From positions 768,001 to 832,000 of the forward strand of contig CBDCSU010000006.1 of assembly GCA_965221775.1 (NCBI GenBank): a stretch of 64,000 nucleotides of DNA, given 5' to 3'. This document shows, in pieces, positions 19,734 to 29,238 of the stretch. A model generated the notes under the pieces. That model saw only the letters and a program-made list of their open reading frames with translations. It made no database searches and was not told where the DNA came from. How positions within the stretch are numbered: the first letter of the stretch is position 1; every line of letters begins with the position of its first letter. The DNA is from Candidatus Latescibacterota bacterium (GTDB taxonomy: Bacteria; Latescibacterota; UBA2968; UBA8231). Both the position numbers and the translations under genes were made by a program.

Positions 19734-20324
19734 ATGGAACTCGCCCTCATCGGCGACTCGATCCGCATGGGCTACCAGGAGACGGTCCGCCGCGCGCTGG
19801 AGCCGGGGATCCGCGTGCGCTCGCCGGAGCCCAACGGCGGGCCCTCCCGCAACGTCCTGGAGCACCTCGACGAGTGGGTGCTGGACCGGCCGCCCAACGT
19901 GGCCCACCTCAACTGCGGCCTCCACGACCTGGCGAAGGACTTCGACTCCGGCCTCGCGCGGGTGCCGCTGGAGGAGTACGGGATCAACGTGGCCCGCATT
20001 CTCGAGCGCGTGCAGGCCGCCGGCATCCGCCCCGTGTGGGCCACGATCACCCCCGTGGACGAGGTCCTCCACCACCGCAACAAGAGCTTCGACCGCTTCG
20101 AGGCCGACGTGGACGCCTACAACGCGGCCGCGCTGGAGGCCGCCGGGGCCGCGGGGGTCGCCGTGAACGACTTGTTCCGCGTGATCGAGTCCGCCGGCCG
20201 GGGGCGGCTGCTGCGCGACGACGGGGTCCACTTCACCGACGAGGGCAGCCGCCTCCTCGGCGAGGCGGTGGCCGCCTTTGTCAGGGGGCTGCCCGGCCTC
20301 GGGGCCGGGGGCGCCGATGGGTAG
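19734..20324 (+). CDS. SGNH/GDSL hydrolase
   Basis: IGDSI, NCGLHD, DGVHF. Confidence 0.9.
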   Translation: MELALIGDSIRMGYQETVRRALEPGIRVRSPEPNGGPSRNVLEHLDEWVLDRPPNVAHLNCGLHDLAKDFDSGLARVPLEEYGINVARILERVQAAGIRPVWATITPVDEVLHHRNKSFDRFEADVDAYNAAALEAAGAAGVAVNDLFRVIESAGRGRLLRDDGVHFTDEGSRLLGEAVAAFVRGLPGLGAGGADG

Positions 20325-21066
20325 GCTGGAGGGCCGCGTCGCCGTGGTCACCGGCGGGGCCACCGGCATCGGGGGAGCCTCCGCCGAGCTTTTCGCCGCC
20401 GAGGGCGCCCTGAGCGTGATCCTCGACCACAACGAGGCCGAGGGCCGGGCCACCGTCGAGCGGATCACCGCCGCCGGGGGGCGGGCCGAGGTCCACCCCC
20501 TCGACGTGCGCTCCCACGAGGAGACAGCCGGCGTCTTCGGCGAGATCGGCGACCGCCACGGCCGCGTCGATGTGCTCCTGTGCAGCGCCGGGGTCCTCGA
20601 CGGCGCCTACCGGAAGATCGCCGACCTGCCCGAGGAGGAGTGGGACATCACCCTCGACACCAACCTCAAGGGCACCTACCTGACGGTGCGCTCCGCCGCT
20701 CCCCTGCTGCGGGCGGCGGGACGTTCGGTGCTGCTCCTGGTCTCCTCCGGCGCCGGCGTGCGCGGCGCCTCCTCCTCCTATGCCTACGCCGCCAGCAAGG
20801 CGGGCATGCACGGCATGCAGTACAACTTCGAGAGCGACCTGGGGCCGGGCGGCACCCGCGTGCACGTGATCTGCCCCGGCGGCATCGCCACGCCCCTGAA
20901 GCTGCGCAACATCGCCCAGGGCGCCGAGGCCCGGGGGCAGGACCCGGAGGCCGCCGTGGCCGCGGCGCGGCGCTCCCTCGGCGACCCGGCTGGCGTCGCC
21001 AGAGTCCTCGCCTTCCTCGCCTCCGACGACGGCGAGTACGTGCGCGGCACGGTCTTCACCCGCTAG
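20317..21066 (+). CDS. SDR family oxidoreductase
   Basis: TGGATGIG, YAASK, CPG. Confidence 0.9.
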   Translation: MGRLEGRVAVVTGGATGIGGASAELFAAEGALSVILDHNEAEGRATVERITAAGGRAEVHPLDVRSHEETAGVFGEIGDRHGRVDVLLCSAGVLDGAYRKIADLPEEEWDITLDTNLKGTYLTVRSAAPLLRAAGRSVLLLVSSGAGVRGASSSYAYAASKAGMHGMQYNFESDLGPGGTRVHVICPGGIATPLKLRNIAQGAEARGQDPEAAVAAARRSLGDPAGVARVLAFLASDDGEYVRGTVFTR

Positions 21067-21072
21067 TCCGCC

Positions 21073-21960
21073 TCAGGGCACCAGCTCCTTCGACACCACC
21101 GCCCGCGTCGTCACCGGGAAGGCCCCCGGCTCGCAGCACTGGCAGATCTGCACGTCCACCGCTGCGCTGGCCAGCATGTAGGCGTCCTCGAAGCCCAGAC
21201 CGAGCCGCTGCTGCATGAGGTCGACCATCTCGCCGGCGGCGAGCCTCGCCGCGGCGGCCAGGCTGTCGCCCTCGCCGGTGGTGATCCAGTGCTCGGCGGT
21301 CTCGATCAGGGGCCGCTTCGTCTCCGCCCCCTTCACCAGCTCGACCCGCACCGTCACCTCGGCACAGATCTCCAGGCCGATGAAGGTGATCTCGCCGTCG
21401 CCCATGGCGGCGTGGACGTCGCCGAGGCCGAGAAGGGCTCCCGGCACGGCCACGGGCAGGTGCACGCGGGCGCCGGCGCCGACGTGCTTGTTGTCCATGT
21501 TGCCGCCGTGGGGTCCGGCGAAGCTCGTCGACACCGGCTCCCCCGCCGGCGCCGTGCCGACGACGCCGACCATGGGACGGACGGGAAAGCGCAGGTCTCC
21601 GAAGCGGGCCACGCCGTCGGAAACGGGGACGATGCGGGTGGCGTAGCGGCCGGCGCGCTCCGCCAGCAGCCCCTCCCCCTTCTTCACCGCCAGAAAGCCG
21701 GACTCGGCCAGCTCGACGGCTTCGATCTCCACGCACAGGCCGTCCCCCGGCTCGGCGCCGCGCACGCGCACGGGCCCGGTGGCCGGGTTCGCCCCCGCCG
21801 GGTGGGGGCGGTCGAGGAGGTCCTCGTCGGAGCGGATGGTGCCGGTGCGGGCGTCGAAGGTCTCGAAGGTGACGCGGTCGCCGGGGTCGATCTCGAGGAC
21901 CGGCTCCAGGCTCTTGTCGAAACGGTAGGCGATGCGGTCGTGGCCGAGGCGGTGGTCCAT
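21073..21960 (-). CDS. Acetamidase/formamidase family protein
   Basis: NPATGP, GGNMD, GDVHAAMGDGE. Confidence 0.9.
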   Translation of the reverse strand: MDHRLGHDRIAYRFDKSLEPVLEIDPGDRVTFETFDARTGTIRSDEDLLDRPHPAGANPATGPVRVRGAEPGDGLCVEIEAVELAESGFLAVKKGEGLLAERAGRYATRIVPVSDGVARFGDLRFPVRPMVGVVGTAPAGEPVSTSFAGPHGGNMDNKHVGAGARVHLPVAVPGALLGLGDVHAAMGDGEITFIGLEICAEVTVRVELVKGAETKRPLIETAEHWITTGEGDSLAAAARLAAGEMVDLMQQRLGLGFEDAYMLASAAVDVQICQCCEPGAFPVTTRAVVSKELVP

Positions 21961-22029
21961 GGGGATCTCCCGGGTTGGGTTGCGGCGGTGCGGCCCCTAA
22001 ACTACGTCGCTCACACGGAGAGGAACCGA

Positions 22030-23007
22030 ATGACCGTCATCGACCAGCGCGACATCGACCGCCGGATCTGGGAAGGGGAGCTGGAGGACTACGTCCCGCG
22101 GCGGCTCTACGACATGCACGTGCACATGTGGTCCGAGGCCCACGCCGGCGACGCCGAGGCGAGCGGACTGCGGCTGGAGATCGACTACCAGGACCACCTG
22201 GCCTGGGCCGAGGCCCTGTATCCGGGGCGGGAGATCCACTACCTCGTGCTGGCCACGCCGATCGTCGGCATGGACGCCCACGGCCACAACGAGTGGTTGG
22301 CGGCGCAGATGGCCGCCGACCCGCGGTCGGGCGTCAACATGATGGTCACCCCCGCCATGAGCGCCGAGTACGTCGACGCCATGGTGGAACGCCACGGCTT
22401 CGTCGGCCTCAAGCCCTACCGGACCTTCGCCCCCGACCCGGCGGAGGCGCCGATCCGGGACTTCCTGCCCGAGCCGCTCATCGAGGTGGCCCACCAGCGG
22501 GGCCTGGCGGTGACCATGCACCTGTCGAAGCGGGCGGGGCCCGCCGACTTCGAGAACCTGGCCGACCTGGAGCGCTACACCCGCGTCTACCCCGGCGTCC
22601 GCTGGATCCTCGCCCACTGCGCCCGCGGCTTCAACGCCGTCTTCCTGGAGGAGGCCATCCACTTCCTCAAGGGGCTGCCGGGGATCTGGTACGACACCTC
22701 GGCGGTGAACGACGTGTACGCCCACTACCTGCTGATGAAGCACGAGGACCGCCGCCGGGTGATGTACGGCTCCGACAACGTCGTCGCCGGGTGCGGGCGC
22801 GGGAAGTACGTGACCTACGCCGGCGCCTGGCACTTCCACGGCGGGGACCCCGCCCTGCCCCACTGCGACCCGGAGCCGACCTGGGTCATCTACGAGCAGC
22901 TGCGGCAGGAGCGGCAGGTGGCGGAGATGCTGGGGCTGACGCGGTCCGAGATCGAGGACCACTTCTGGGGGAACGCCGTGCGCTTCTTCCGGGGGCTGGG
23001 GCGGTGA
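22030..23007 (+). CDS. Amidohydrolase family protein
   Basis: DMHVH, GLKPY, ILAH, DTS, YGSD; RBS upstream. Confidence 0.85.
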   Translation: MTVIDQRDIDRRIWEGELEDYVPRRLYDMHVHMWSEAHAGDAEASGLRLEIDYQDHLAWAEALYPGREIHYLVLATPIVGMDAHGHNEWLAAQMAADPRSGVNMMVTPAMSAEYVDAMVERHGFVGLKPYRTFAPDPAEAPIRDFLPEPLIEVAHQRGLAVTMHLSKRAGPADFENLADLERYTRVYPGVRWILAHCARGFNAVFLEEAIHFLKGLPGIWYDTSAVNDVYAHYLLMKHEDRRRVMYGSDNVVAGCGRGKYVTYAGAWHFHGGDPALPHCDPEPTWVIYEQLRQERQVAEMLGLTRSEIEDHFWGNAVRFFRGLGR

Positions 23008-23282
23008 CCGCCGGCAGCAGGAGCGGCCGCCATTGCTCGCGCCGGGGGGCACGCCGGCAACCGGGGACGACAGGGGTGGGTCGCGGCTGAGCCCGCCGCC
23101 TGAGGAGGGGGCCGCGGCTGGCTCCGGGAGCCAGGCCCTGGCCTGCTCCGCCGGGCGCTATGGCGATCCCGAGGGACTTGCGCGGCGGCGAGGGTTGGGC
23201 GGTCCCCGCCGCACTTGCACGCGAGCGGGGGGTATCCGAGGCTGAATCCGCGGGACCGGACCGGCCCGCGAGGCCGGCGCGG

Positions 23283-23660
23283 CTACTCGGCCCTGGAAGC
23301 AGACTCCTGCGCCTCCGGGCCTTCCTCCGGCGGCGGGGCTTCCTCGGCGTCCTGCTCTCCGCGGCGTACCCGCTCGTACGCGGCCTCGGCGTCGCGCAAC
23401 GCCGCCGCGGCCTCGCGGATGCGCTGGCGCAGCTCGCGGACCCCGTGCTCGCTGCTGAGCTCCGCTCCCCGGCCCTCTTCGAGAAGCCGGTAGACCTTCT
23501 GCCCCAGCTCGGTGTAGAGGCGCGACAGGCGCGTCCGGGCGGCGGCCACGTCGAGCCGGGCCCGCCCGATGCGGGTCAGCTTCCCGGCCTTGTTGGCGGC
23601 GGCGGCGGCGCCGCCCTGGAACCCGCGCTTGATGGAATCCCACGTCCTGTCCATGCTCAC
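23283..23660 (-). CDS. Hypothetical coiled-coil protein
   Basis: 125-aa helical ORF overlapping the BMC gene stop. Confidence 0.7.
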   Translation of the reverse strand: MSMDRTWDSIKRGFQGGAAAAANKAGKLTRIGRARLDVAAARTRLSRLYTELGQKVYRLLEEGRGAELSSEHGVRELRQRIREAAAALRDAEAAYERVRRGEQDAEEAPPPEEGPEAQESASRAE

Positions 23661-24139
23661 TCTCCCGCCGATCCGGCGGCGCCGAGGGCCTGGCGCAACG
23701 CCTCGATCAGCTGCTCCTTGTTGGCGCGCGATACCTGCCGGCCCTTCAGGCCGACACCGGCGGTCTGGCGGGCCAGCCGCCGCAGCCGGGTGACCGGCAC
23801 CGCGTCGAGATCCTGCGGAAGCTCCGATGGCTCCGGCGGCTCCCCTTCGGGCCGGGGGTCCGGGGCCCTCCTCGGAGCGAGGGCCTCCACGTCGATCCGC
23901 GGCGACGGGATGACGTGGGCGCTGACGACCTCACCGACACGGGCGGCCGCGGCGCGGGCGGCCTCGACGGCGGTGGTCACCGACGCCGTGTCGCCCCGGA
24001 AGCTGAGGGAAACGAACCCGCCGCCGATGCGCTCGAACCCGAGCAGGCGGACATCGGCCGTCTTGGCCGCGGTATCGGCGGCTTCGACGACGCCGACCAA
24101 GCCGCGGGTCTCGATCAGTCCGATGGCCGACCCGGGCAC
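23657..24139 (-). CDS. BMC domain (microcompartment shell hexamer) protein with C-terminal extension
   Basis: AIGLIETRGL..EAADTAAKTADV, GD.ASV..AV.A, HVIPSP; Pro-rich linker and helical tail. Confidence 0.9.
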   Translation of the reverse strand: MPGSAIGLIETRGLVGVVEAADTAAKTADVRLLGFERIGGGFVSLSFRGDTASVTTAVEAARAAAARVGEVVSAHVIPSPRIDVEALAPRRAPDPRPEGEPPEPSELPQDLDAVPVTRLRRLARQTAGVGLKGRQVSRANKEQLIEALRQALGAAGSAGE

Positions 24140-24154
24140 GGGTGAAAAGAGGGG

Positions 24155-24376
24155 CTAACGCGTATCGTTGATGCTGTAGGGCAGCAGCCCGAGATAGCGG
24201 GCCCGCTTGATGGCGCGCACGATCCTGGTCTGCTGGGAGCGGGTGGCGCCGGTACGGCGGGCCGGCTCGATCTTGCCGAAGGGAGTGAGGAAGCGGGACA
24301 GCACGTCGAGCCGCTTGTAGTCGATCTCTTCGGGCTTCAGCTTGGCCGTGAACTCTTTGCGATTGACCCGGGCGAT
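24155..24376 (-). CDS. rpsR: 30S ribosomal protein S18 (C- type, probable ATC start)
   Basis: Manual translation IARVNRK...IDYKRLDVLSRFLTPFGKIEPARRTG...AIKRARYLGLLPY; RBS AGGAG 9 nt before ATC. Confidence 0.9.
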   Translation of the reverse strand: MARVNRKEFTAKLKPEEIDYKRLDVLSRFLTPFGKIEPARRTGATRSQQTRIVRAIKRARYLGLLPYSINDTR

Positions 24377-24440
24377 GGCGCTTGGCTCCTGTGCGGCGTG
24401 GAGGGGCCGCCGGCGGGAGGGCCGATGCGGCAGGTGAGCT

Positions 24441-25775
24441 TTGGAAGCTAGGGAACATGCCTCTCTCCGTCAACGATGGAGGCGGGCCTCCGGCCTCGCC
24501 CGCTGGGCCGCCTTCTGCCTGGGAATCGTCGCCCTCCTGCCCCCCGCGGCAGGCTCCCGCGGACCACTGGCCGCCGGGTTGACGGCGACGGCGGTGCTCC
24601 TCGCGGCGGGGCTGCTCCGCCGCTCCCCGGAACGGCCTCCGCGCCGCCTGCTGTGGCCCGCCGCCGCCTGGCTCGCCGGCCTGGGGATCAGCTTCGCCCT
24701 CGGCGGGTCCTCCGAGCCGGCCCCCCTGCTGCCGCCCCTGCTGGGGACGGCGGCCCTCTTCGTCGGCTGGCAGCTGCGGCGCGCGCCCGACGCCGCGGTC
24801 GCCATGGCCGGCATCGGCGCCGGTGCCGTGGCGGCCTCCCTGCACGCCGCCGCCCAGCACGCCGGTTGGGACCCGGTCCCCCGGGCCGACTTCTTTCCCG
24901 ACCGCGTGGTGGGACCCTTCGCCAACCCCAACCACCTCGCCGGCTTCCTGGCCGCGGCCCTGCCGCTGCTGCTGACCGCCGGCCTGGGCGCAGGCAGCTC
25001 CCCGGGGGGGGTCCGCTGGCGGCCGGCCCTGGGCCTGGGGCTGGCGGTCCTGCTGATCCTCGGGATCCTGCTGCTGGCGGGCAGCCGCGGGGCGCTGGCC
25101 GGCTGCCTGGCGGGGACCACCGTGGTCTTCGCCGGCTACGTCCGCGGCGCGCGGCTGGGCCGGCTCCGGGCGAGGCCCCCTGGATGGCTGCTGCTGCTGG
25201 TCGGCGCGGCGGGGGTGGCGCTGCTGCTCCGCCACGAGCCGGTCATGAGCAACCGCCAGGGGCAGACCTCGGTCGGCCAGCGGCTGAAGGCGATGCTCAA
25301 CGTGGCCGGGGATGAGGCCGACCGCGACGCTACCCTGGTGCACCGGCGGGTGCTCCGGAGCCTCGCCTGGCGCATGTTCACCGCCGACCCCTGGCTCGGC
25401 GCCGGACCCGGGCAGTTCCGGACGGCGGGCGCCCTGGCCGACGAGGCCGAGACGCGGCTGCTGGCCTCGGTGAGGGGGGGCCTGCCCCGCCACGCCCACA
25501 ACGAGCTGCTGCAGACGGCGGCCGAGTCGGGCCTGGCGGGCCTGCTGCCGCTGGTCGTCCTGCTCGCCGCGGGCGGCCTCGGCGCCCTCGGGCCCGCCTG
25601 GCGCACGGGGGATCCGGTGACCTGGGCGGCCCTCGGCGGATGCGCCGCGGTCATGGTCCACGGGCTGGTGAGCTACCCGCTGCACATGCCCGCCACGGCG
25701 GGGGCCTTCTGGGTGCTGCTCGGTGTCCTGTTCCGGCGCGGGGAGCCCCGGGGGGCGGGCGCTCGGAGCGCCTAG
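24441..25775 (+). CDS. O-antigen ligase family membrane protein (start uncertain)
   Basis: Multiple TM segments; FANPNHLAG, GSRGA, PWLGAGPGQF, HAHNELLQ. Confidence 0.85.
   Translation: MEAREHASLRQRWRRASGLARWAAFCLGIVALLPPAAGSRGPLAAGLTATAVLLAAGLLRRSPERPPRRLLWPAAAWLAGLGISFALGGSSEPAPLLPPLLGTAALFVGWQLRRAPDAAVAMAGIGAGAVAASLHAAAQHAGWDPVPRADFFPDRVVGPFANPNHLAGFLAAALPLLLTAGLGAGSSPGGVRWRPALGLGLAVLLILGILLLAGSRGALAGCLAGTTVVFAGYVRGARLGRLRARPPGWLLLLVGAAGVALLLRHEPVMSNRQGQTSVGQRLKAMLNVAGDEADRDATLVHRRVLRSLAWRMFTADPWLGAGPGQFRTAGALADEAETRLLASVRGGLPRHAHNELLQTAAESGLAGLLPLVVLLAAGGLGALGPAWRTGDPVTWAALGGCAAVMVHGLVSYPLHMPATAGAFWVLLGVLFRRGEPRGAGARSA
24445..24473 (-). promoter_or_regulatory. Sigma70 promoter for rpsR
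   Basis: TTGACG-17 nt-TAGCTT on the minus strand. Confidence 0.6.
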
Positions 25776-26584
25776 CGGCAGAAGCTGCCGAAGTCGCGGT
25801 AGTGGCGGACCGGCAGCTCGTGGTAGCGGCGGGCCAGCGCCTCCAGCCGCCGGCAGGCCAGCTCGTAGATCCGCCGGCCCTTCTCCGCCGAGGCGGCGAG
25901 GGCGTCGCCCATGATGCCGGTGCCCCCGGCGGTGTCGCGGCGGCGCTCGGCGAAGACGGCGAAGGGCAGCTCCTCGAAGGGGGCCGTCAGGGAGTCGTCG
26001 GCGGCGGCGCGGCTCATGTCGACCATGTGGGCCCGCAGATGCAGCTGCACCGCCGTCTCCCACTCGCCGCCGTGACCGACCATCTCGTCGGTGGCGCTCC
26101 ACTCCCGCATCTCCGCCTCGACGGCGTCCCACCAGCTGAAGCTGAGGGTGAAGACGTCCTCCTCGGCCAGCTGCCAGCTGACGGCGCGGCAGGGCGCGGC
26201 GTTGCCGCCGTGGCCGTTGAGGGTGACGATGCGCTCGAAGCCGTTGGCGTGGATGCTGCGGCAGACGTCGGCCACCAGGGCCTGGAAGGTCTCGAGGCCC
26301 AGGGAGATGGTGCCGGCGAAGCCCATGTTGTAGTGGGTGAACCCCGACCAGATCGGCGGCGCCACGATGACCGGGAAGTCCTCCACACGCCGCGCCACCT
26401 CGGCGGCCATGTGGAAGGGAGCGGAGATGTCGACGTCCATGGGGCAGTGGGGGCCGTGCTGCTCCACCGAGCCCACCGGCACGATCACCACCGGCGCCTG
26501 CTCCACCGCCTCCTCGAACTCGTGGCGGAGCATCTCCTGCCACATGACCTTGCGGTTGGAGCCGTCGTAGGAAACCGAGTACAT
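25772..26584 (-). CDS. Creatininase family protein
   Basis: PVGSVEQHGPH, NGHGGN, HGGEWET. Confidence 0.92.
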   Translation of the reverse strand: MYSVSYDGSNRKVMWQEMLRHEFEEAVEQAPVVIVPVGSVEQHGPHCPMDVDISAPFHMAAEVARRVEDFPVIVAPPIWSGFTHYNMGFAGTISLGLETFQALVADVCRSIHANGFERIVTLNGHGGNAAPCRAVSWQLAEEDVFTLSFSWWDAVEAEMREWSATDEMVGHGGEWETAVQLHLRAHMVDMSRAAADDSLTAPFEELPFAVFAERRRDTAGGTGIMGDALAASAEKGRRIYELACRRLEALARRYHELPVRHYRDFGSFCR

Positions 26585-26585
26585 G

Positions 26586-27761
26586 CTATTCCTCCATCTC
26601 CTCGTGCAGCCGCCTCATGGCCTCGCCGTGGGCCACTCCCTCGCGGCGCAGGGCCCTGTAGCGGTCCCGGTCGATGCCCTCCCAGCTCTTGTAGCCGCGG
26701 ATGTCGCGGCCACCCTCGGCCTCCACCGGCAACTCCCCCGCTTCGATCATGAGACCCAGGGGGTACTCCTTCTCCTGCAGCGGGAAGTGGATCACCCGCC
26801 GGCGCCGGGCCGACTCGTAGAGACCCATCATGATCTCCACCGTGATCCGCGCCTGCGCGCCGGAGCCGCGGTGCTCGTCGACCTCGCCCTCGAGCCACTG
26901 CACCAGCTCGCGCACCTGGGCGGCGTTGGTGTCGCCGCCGATCGCCTGGCCACCCTCCCCGAGGCCGAGATCGATCTCCTGCCAGCCGGCGGCGGCGGCG
27001 TTCATCAGGCGCACCCGGCCCTCGTTGACGTCCATCAGCCCCTCGGTGCCGCGGATCTGAAAGCCGCCGGCGGTGGCCCCCTCGCGCATCAGGTCGGACT
27101 GGATGAAGAGCTGCACGCCGCCGTCGAAGTGGACCAGCCCCAGGCAGGAGTCCTCGATCGCCGTGCCGCGCTCGTAGCGGTCGGTGAGGCGCTCGACGGC
27201 GCCCATCACCCACCGGGGGTGGGGATCGCCGAGGACGAAGCGCGAGCCGTCGATGGAATGGGTCCCCCAGTTCGACAGCCCGTCAGCGACCTTGTTGGTC
27301 ACCATCAGGGGCTCGCCCACGGCGCCCTGCCGCACCAGGTCGCGGGCCTTCTCCCAGCCCCTGGTGAAGCGCCGCTGGTGGCTGACCACGAGCTTCGTGC
27401 CGCTGGCCTCGCAGGCCTCCACCATGCGGTCGGCGGCACCGAGGCCGATGGCCATCGGCTTCTCGCAGATCACCGCCTTCACGCCGGCCTCGGCGGCGGC
27501 GATCGTCGGCCCCGGATGCAGCAGGTGCCAGGTGCAGACGCTGACGATGTCGGGCTTCGCCTCGGCGAGCATCTCCTCGACGCTCTCGAAGCCCCGCAGG
27601 TTCAGGTGGGGATAGACCTCCTCGATGTAGCGGGTCCGGGCCTCGGCCACGGGATCGGCCACCGCCACCACCTCGACTCCGTCGACGAGGGCATAGCCCT
27701 CCATGTGGGCCTGTCCGATGCCGCCGCAGCCGACGATGGCGGCTCTGTATTTCGCGGGCAT
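26586..27761 (-). CDS. Gfo/Idh/MocA family oxidoreductase
   Basis: GCGGIG, CEKP, HQRRF. Confidence 0.9.
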   Translation of the reverse strand: MPAKYRAAIVGCGGIGQAHMEGYALVDGVEVVAVADPVAEARTRYIEEVYPHLNLRGFESVEEMLAEAKPDIVSVCTWHLLHPGPTIAAAEAGVKAVICEKPMAIGLGAADRMVEACEASGTKLVVSHQRRFTRGWEKARDLVRQGAVGEPLMVTNKVADGLSNWGTHSIDGSRFVLGDPHPRWVMGAVERLTDRYERGTAIEDSCLGLVHFDGGVQLFIQSDLMREGATAGGFQIRGTEGLMDVNEGRVRLMNAAAAGWQEIDLGLGEGGQAIGGDTNAAQVRELVQWLEGEVDEHRGSGAQARITVEIMMGLYESARRRRVIHFPLQEKEYPLGLMIEAGELPVEAEGGRDIRGYKSWEGIDRDRYRALRREGVAHGEAMRRLHEEMEE

Positions 27762-27785
27762 GACGGGATAGTATAGACAGCGCCC

Positions 27786-28232
27786 ATGGACCCTCTCCAG
27801 AGCCGCGACGGAATCGACCTGCCCGGGGGCCTCCGCATTCCCCTCTCCGAGCTGCGGTTCTCCTTCAGCCGCAGCCCCGGACCCGGGGGGCAGCACGTGA
27901 ACAAGGTCAACACCCGCGTCGAGCTGCGCTTCGACCTGGCGGCCAGCCCCGGTCTCCCCGCCGAGTTGCGCCAGCGCGCCATGGCCCGGCTCGCAGACCG
28001 CCTCAACCGCGCCGGTCAGCTCGTGGTCGCCTCCTCCCGGCACCGGTCCCAGACCCGCAACCGCCACGACTGCATCGAGCGCTTCCAGGCGCTCATGGCC
28101 GAAGCCCTGCGTCCTCCCGGCCCCCGGCGGCGGCGCACGAGGCCGGGCCGTGCGGCGATCGCCCGCCGCCGCGAAGCCAAGATCCGCCAGTCCCGGAAGA
28201 AGAGCCTGCGCCGGCGCCCCGATTCCGAGTGA
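27786..28232 (+). CDS. arfB: Alternative ribosome rescue factor B (peptidyl-tRNA hydrolase)
   Basis: GPGGQHVNK, RSQ..NR, basic C-terminal tail. Confidence 0.92.
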   Translation: MDPLQSRDGIDLPGGLRIPLSELRFSFSRSPGPGGQHVNKVNTRVELRFDLAASPGLPAELRQRAMARLADRLNRAGQLVVASSRHRSQTRNRHDCIERFQALMAEALRPPGPRRRRTRPGRAAIARRREAKIRQSRKKSLRRRPDSE

Positions 28233-28349
28233 ACCGATTCGCTCCTTGAGGCGTCAGACCTGGGAGGGCTTGCCAATGTGCGGCTGCCCTCCCTATCGTT
28301 ACCTTAACGTTCACGTCAAGGTTGGTCCCGGACAAATTCGGAGGGCGGA

Positions 28350-29195
28350 ATGACCGCCAGCAGGTCCACGAGCACCATCGACGCCGCCGAGCTCTACTGG
28401 CGCGAGATCAAGGACAACGAGCCCCTCAGCCGCGAGCGCGAGGTCGAGCTGTTCACCCGTCTGCGCGCCGGGGACGAAAGCGCGCGGCAGCGGATCATCG
28501 AGGCCAATCTGCGCTTCGTGGTCAGCGTCGCCCGCGACTACAAGGACTACGGCCTCTCCCTGGGTGAGCTGATCTCCGAGGGCAACGTGGGCCTCCTGGA
28601 GGCGGTGAAGCGCTTCGACGAGACCCGCGGGTTCAAGTTCATCACCTACGCGGTGTGGTGGATCCGGCAGGCGATCCTCAAGGCCCTGGCCCTCCAGGGC
28701 CGCGTGGCGCGGCCCCCCATGAGCCAGATCAACGACCTGCAGAAGATCGAGCGCGAGGCCGGGCAGCTGGCCCAGAGCCTGGGCCGCTCGCCCACGAGCG
28801 CCGAGATCGCCGAGCGTGTCGACATCAGCCCCGAGCGCACCCGCAACGCCCTCGACGTGGGCCAGCACGACCTGTCCCTCGACGCGCCCGCCTACCCCGA
28901 CGAGGCGGCGCCCCTGCTGTCGGGCTACGCGGCCCCCGAGGCCGGCGCCGACGACCGCTTCGAGAAGACGGAGATGCGCGACCGCCTGTCCTCGTGCCTG
29001 AGTCAGCTCGACGAGCGCGAAGGCGAGATCGTGCGCGCCTACTTCGGCCTCGGCGACGCCGAGCCCATGACCCTCGAGCAGATCGGCGACTCCATGGGCG
29101 TCACCCGCGAGCGTGTGCGCCAACTGCGCAACCGCGCCCTGACGAAGCTGCGCGACAACTGCGGCGAGATGCTCGGCGAGTTCTCCCCCAACTGA
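28350..29195 (+). CDS. RNA polymerase sigma-70 factor (RpoD/RpoS-like, lacking region 1.1)
   Basis: [38 protein letters not shown]. Confidence 0.92.
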   Translation: MTASRSTSTIDAAELYWREIKDNEPLSREREVELFTRLRAGDESARQRIIEANLRFVVSVARDYKDYGLSLGELISEGNVGLLEAVKRFDETRGFKFITYAVWWIRQAILKALALQGRVARPPMSQINDLQKIEREAGQLAQSLGRSPTSAEIAERVDISPERTRNALDVGQHDLSLDAPAYPDEAAPLLSGYAAPEAGADDRFEKTEMRDRLSSCLSQLDEREGEIVRAYFGLGDAEPMTLEQIGDSMGVTRERVRQLRNRALTKLRDNCGEMLGEFSPN

Positions 29196-29202
29196 GCGGC
29201 TC

Positions 29203-29228
29203 CGTGCCTCGCCCGGCGGCGAGGCACG
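29203..29228. terminator. GC-rich hairpin between convergent genes
   Basis: CGTGCCTCGC / GCGAGGCACG perfect 10-bp inverted repeat; no U-tract. Confidence 0.45.
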
Positions 29229-29238
29229 ACTCCGTGCC

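Noticed and set aside
23008-23282. GC-rich intergenic region as a possible ncRNA
   Set aside because: No recognisable family motif; pairing potential is explained by GC content. An Rfam search would be needed
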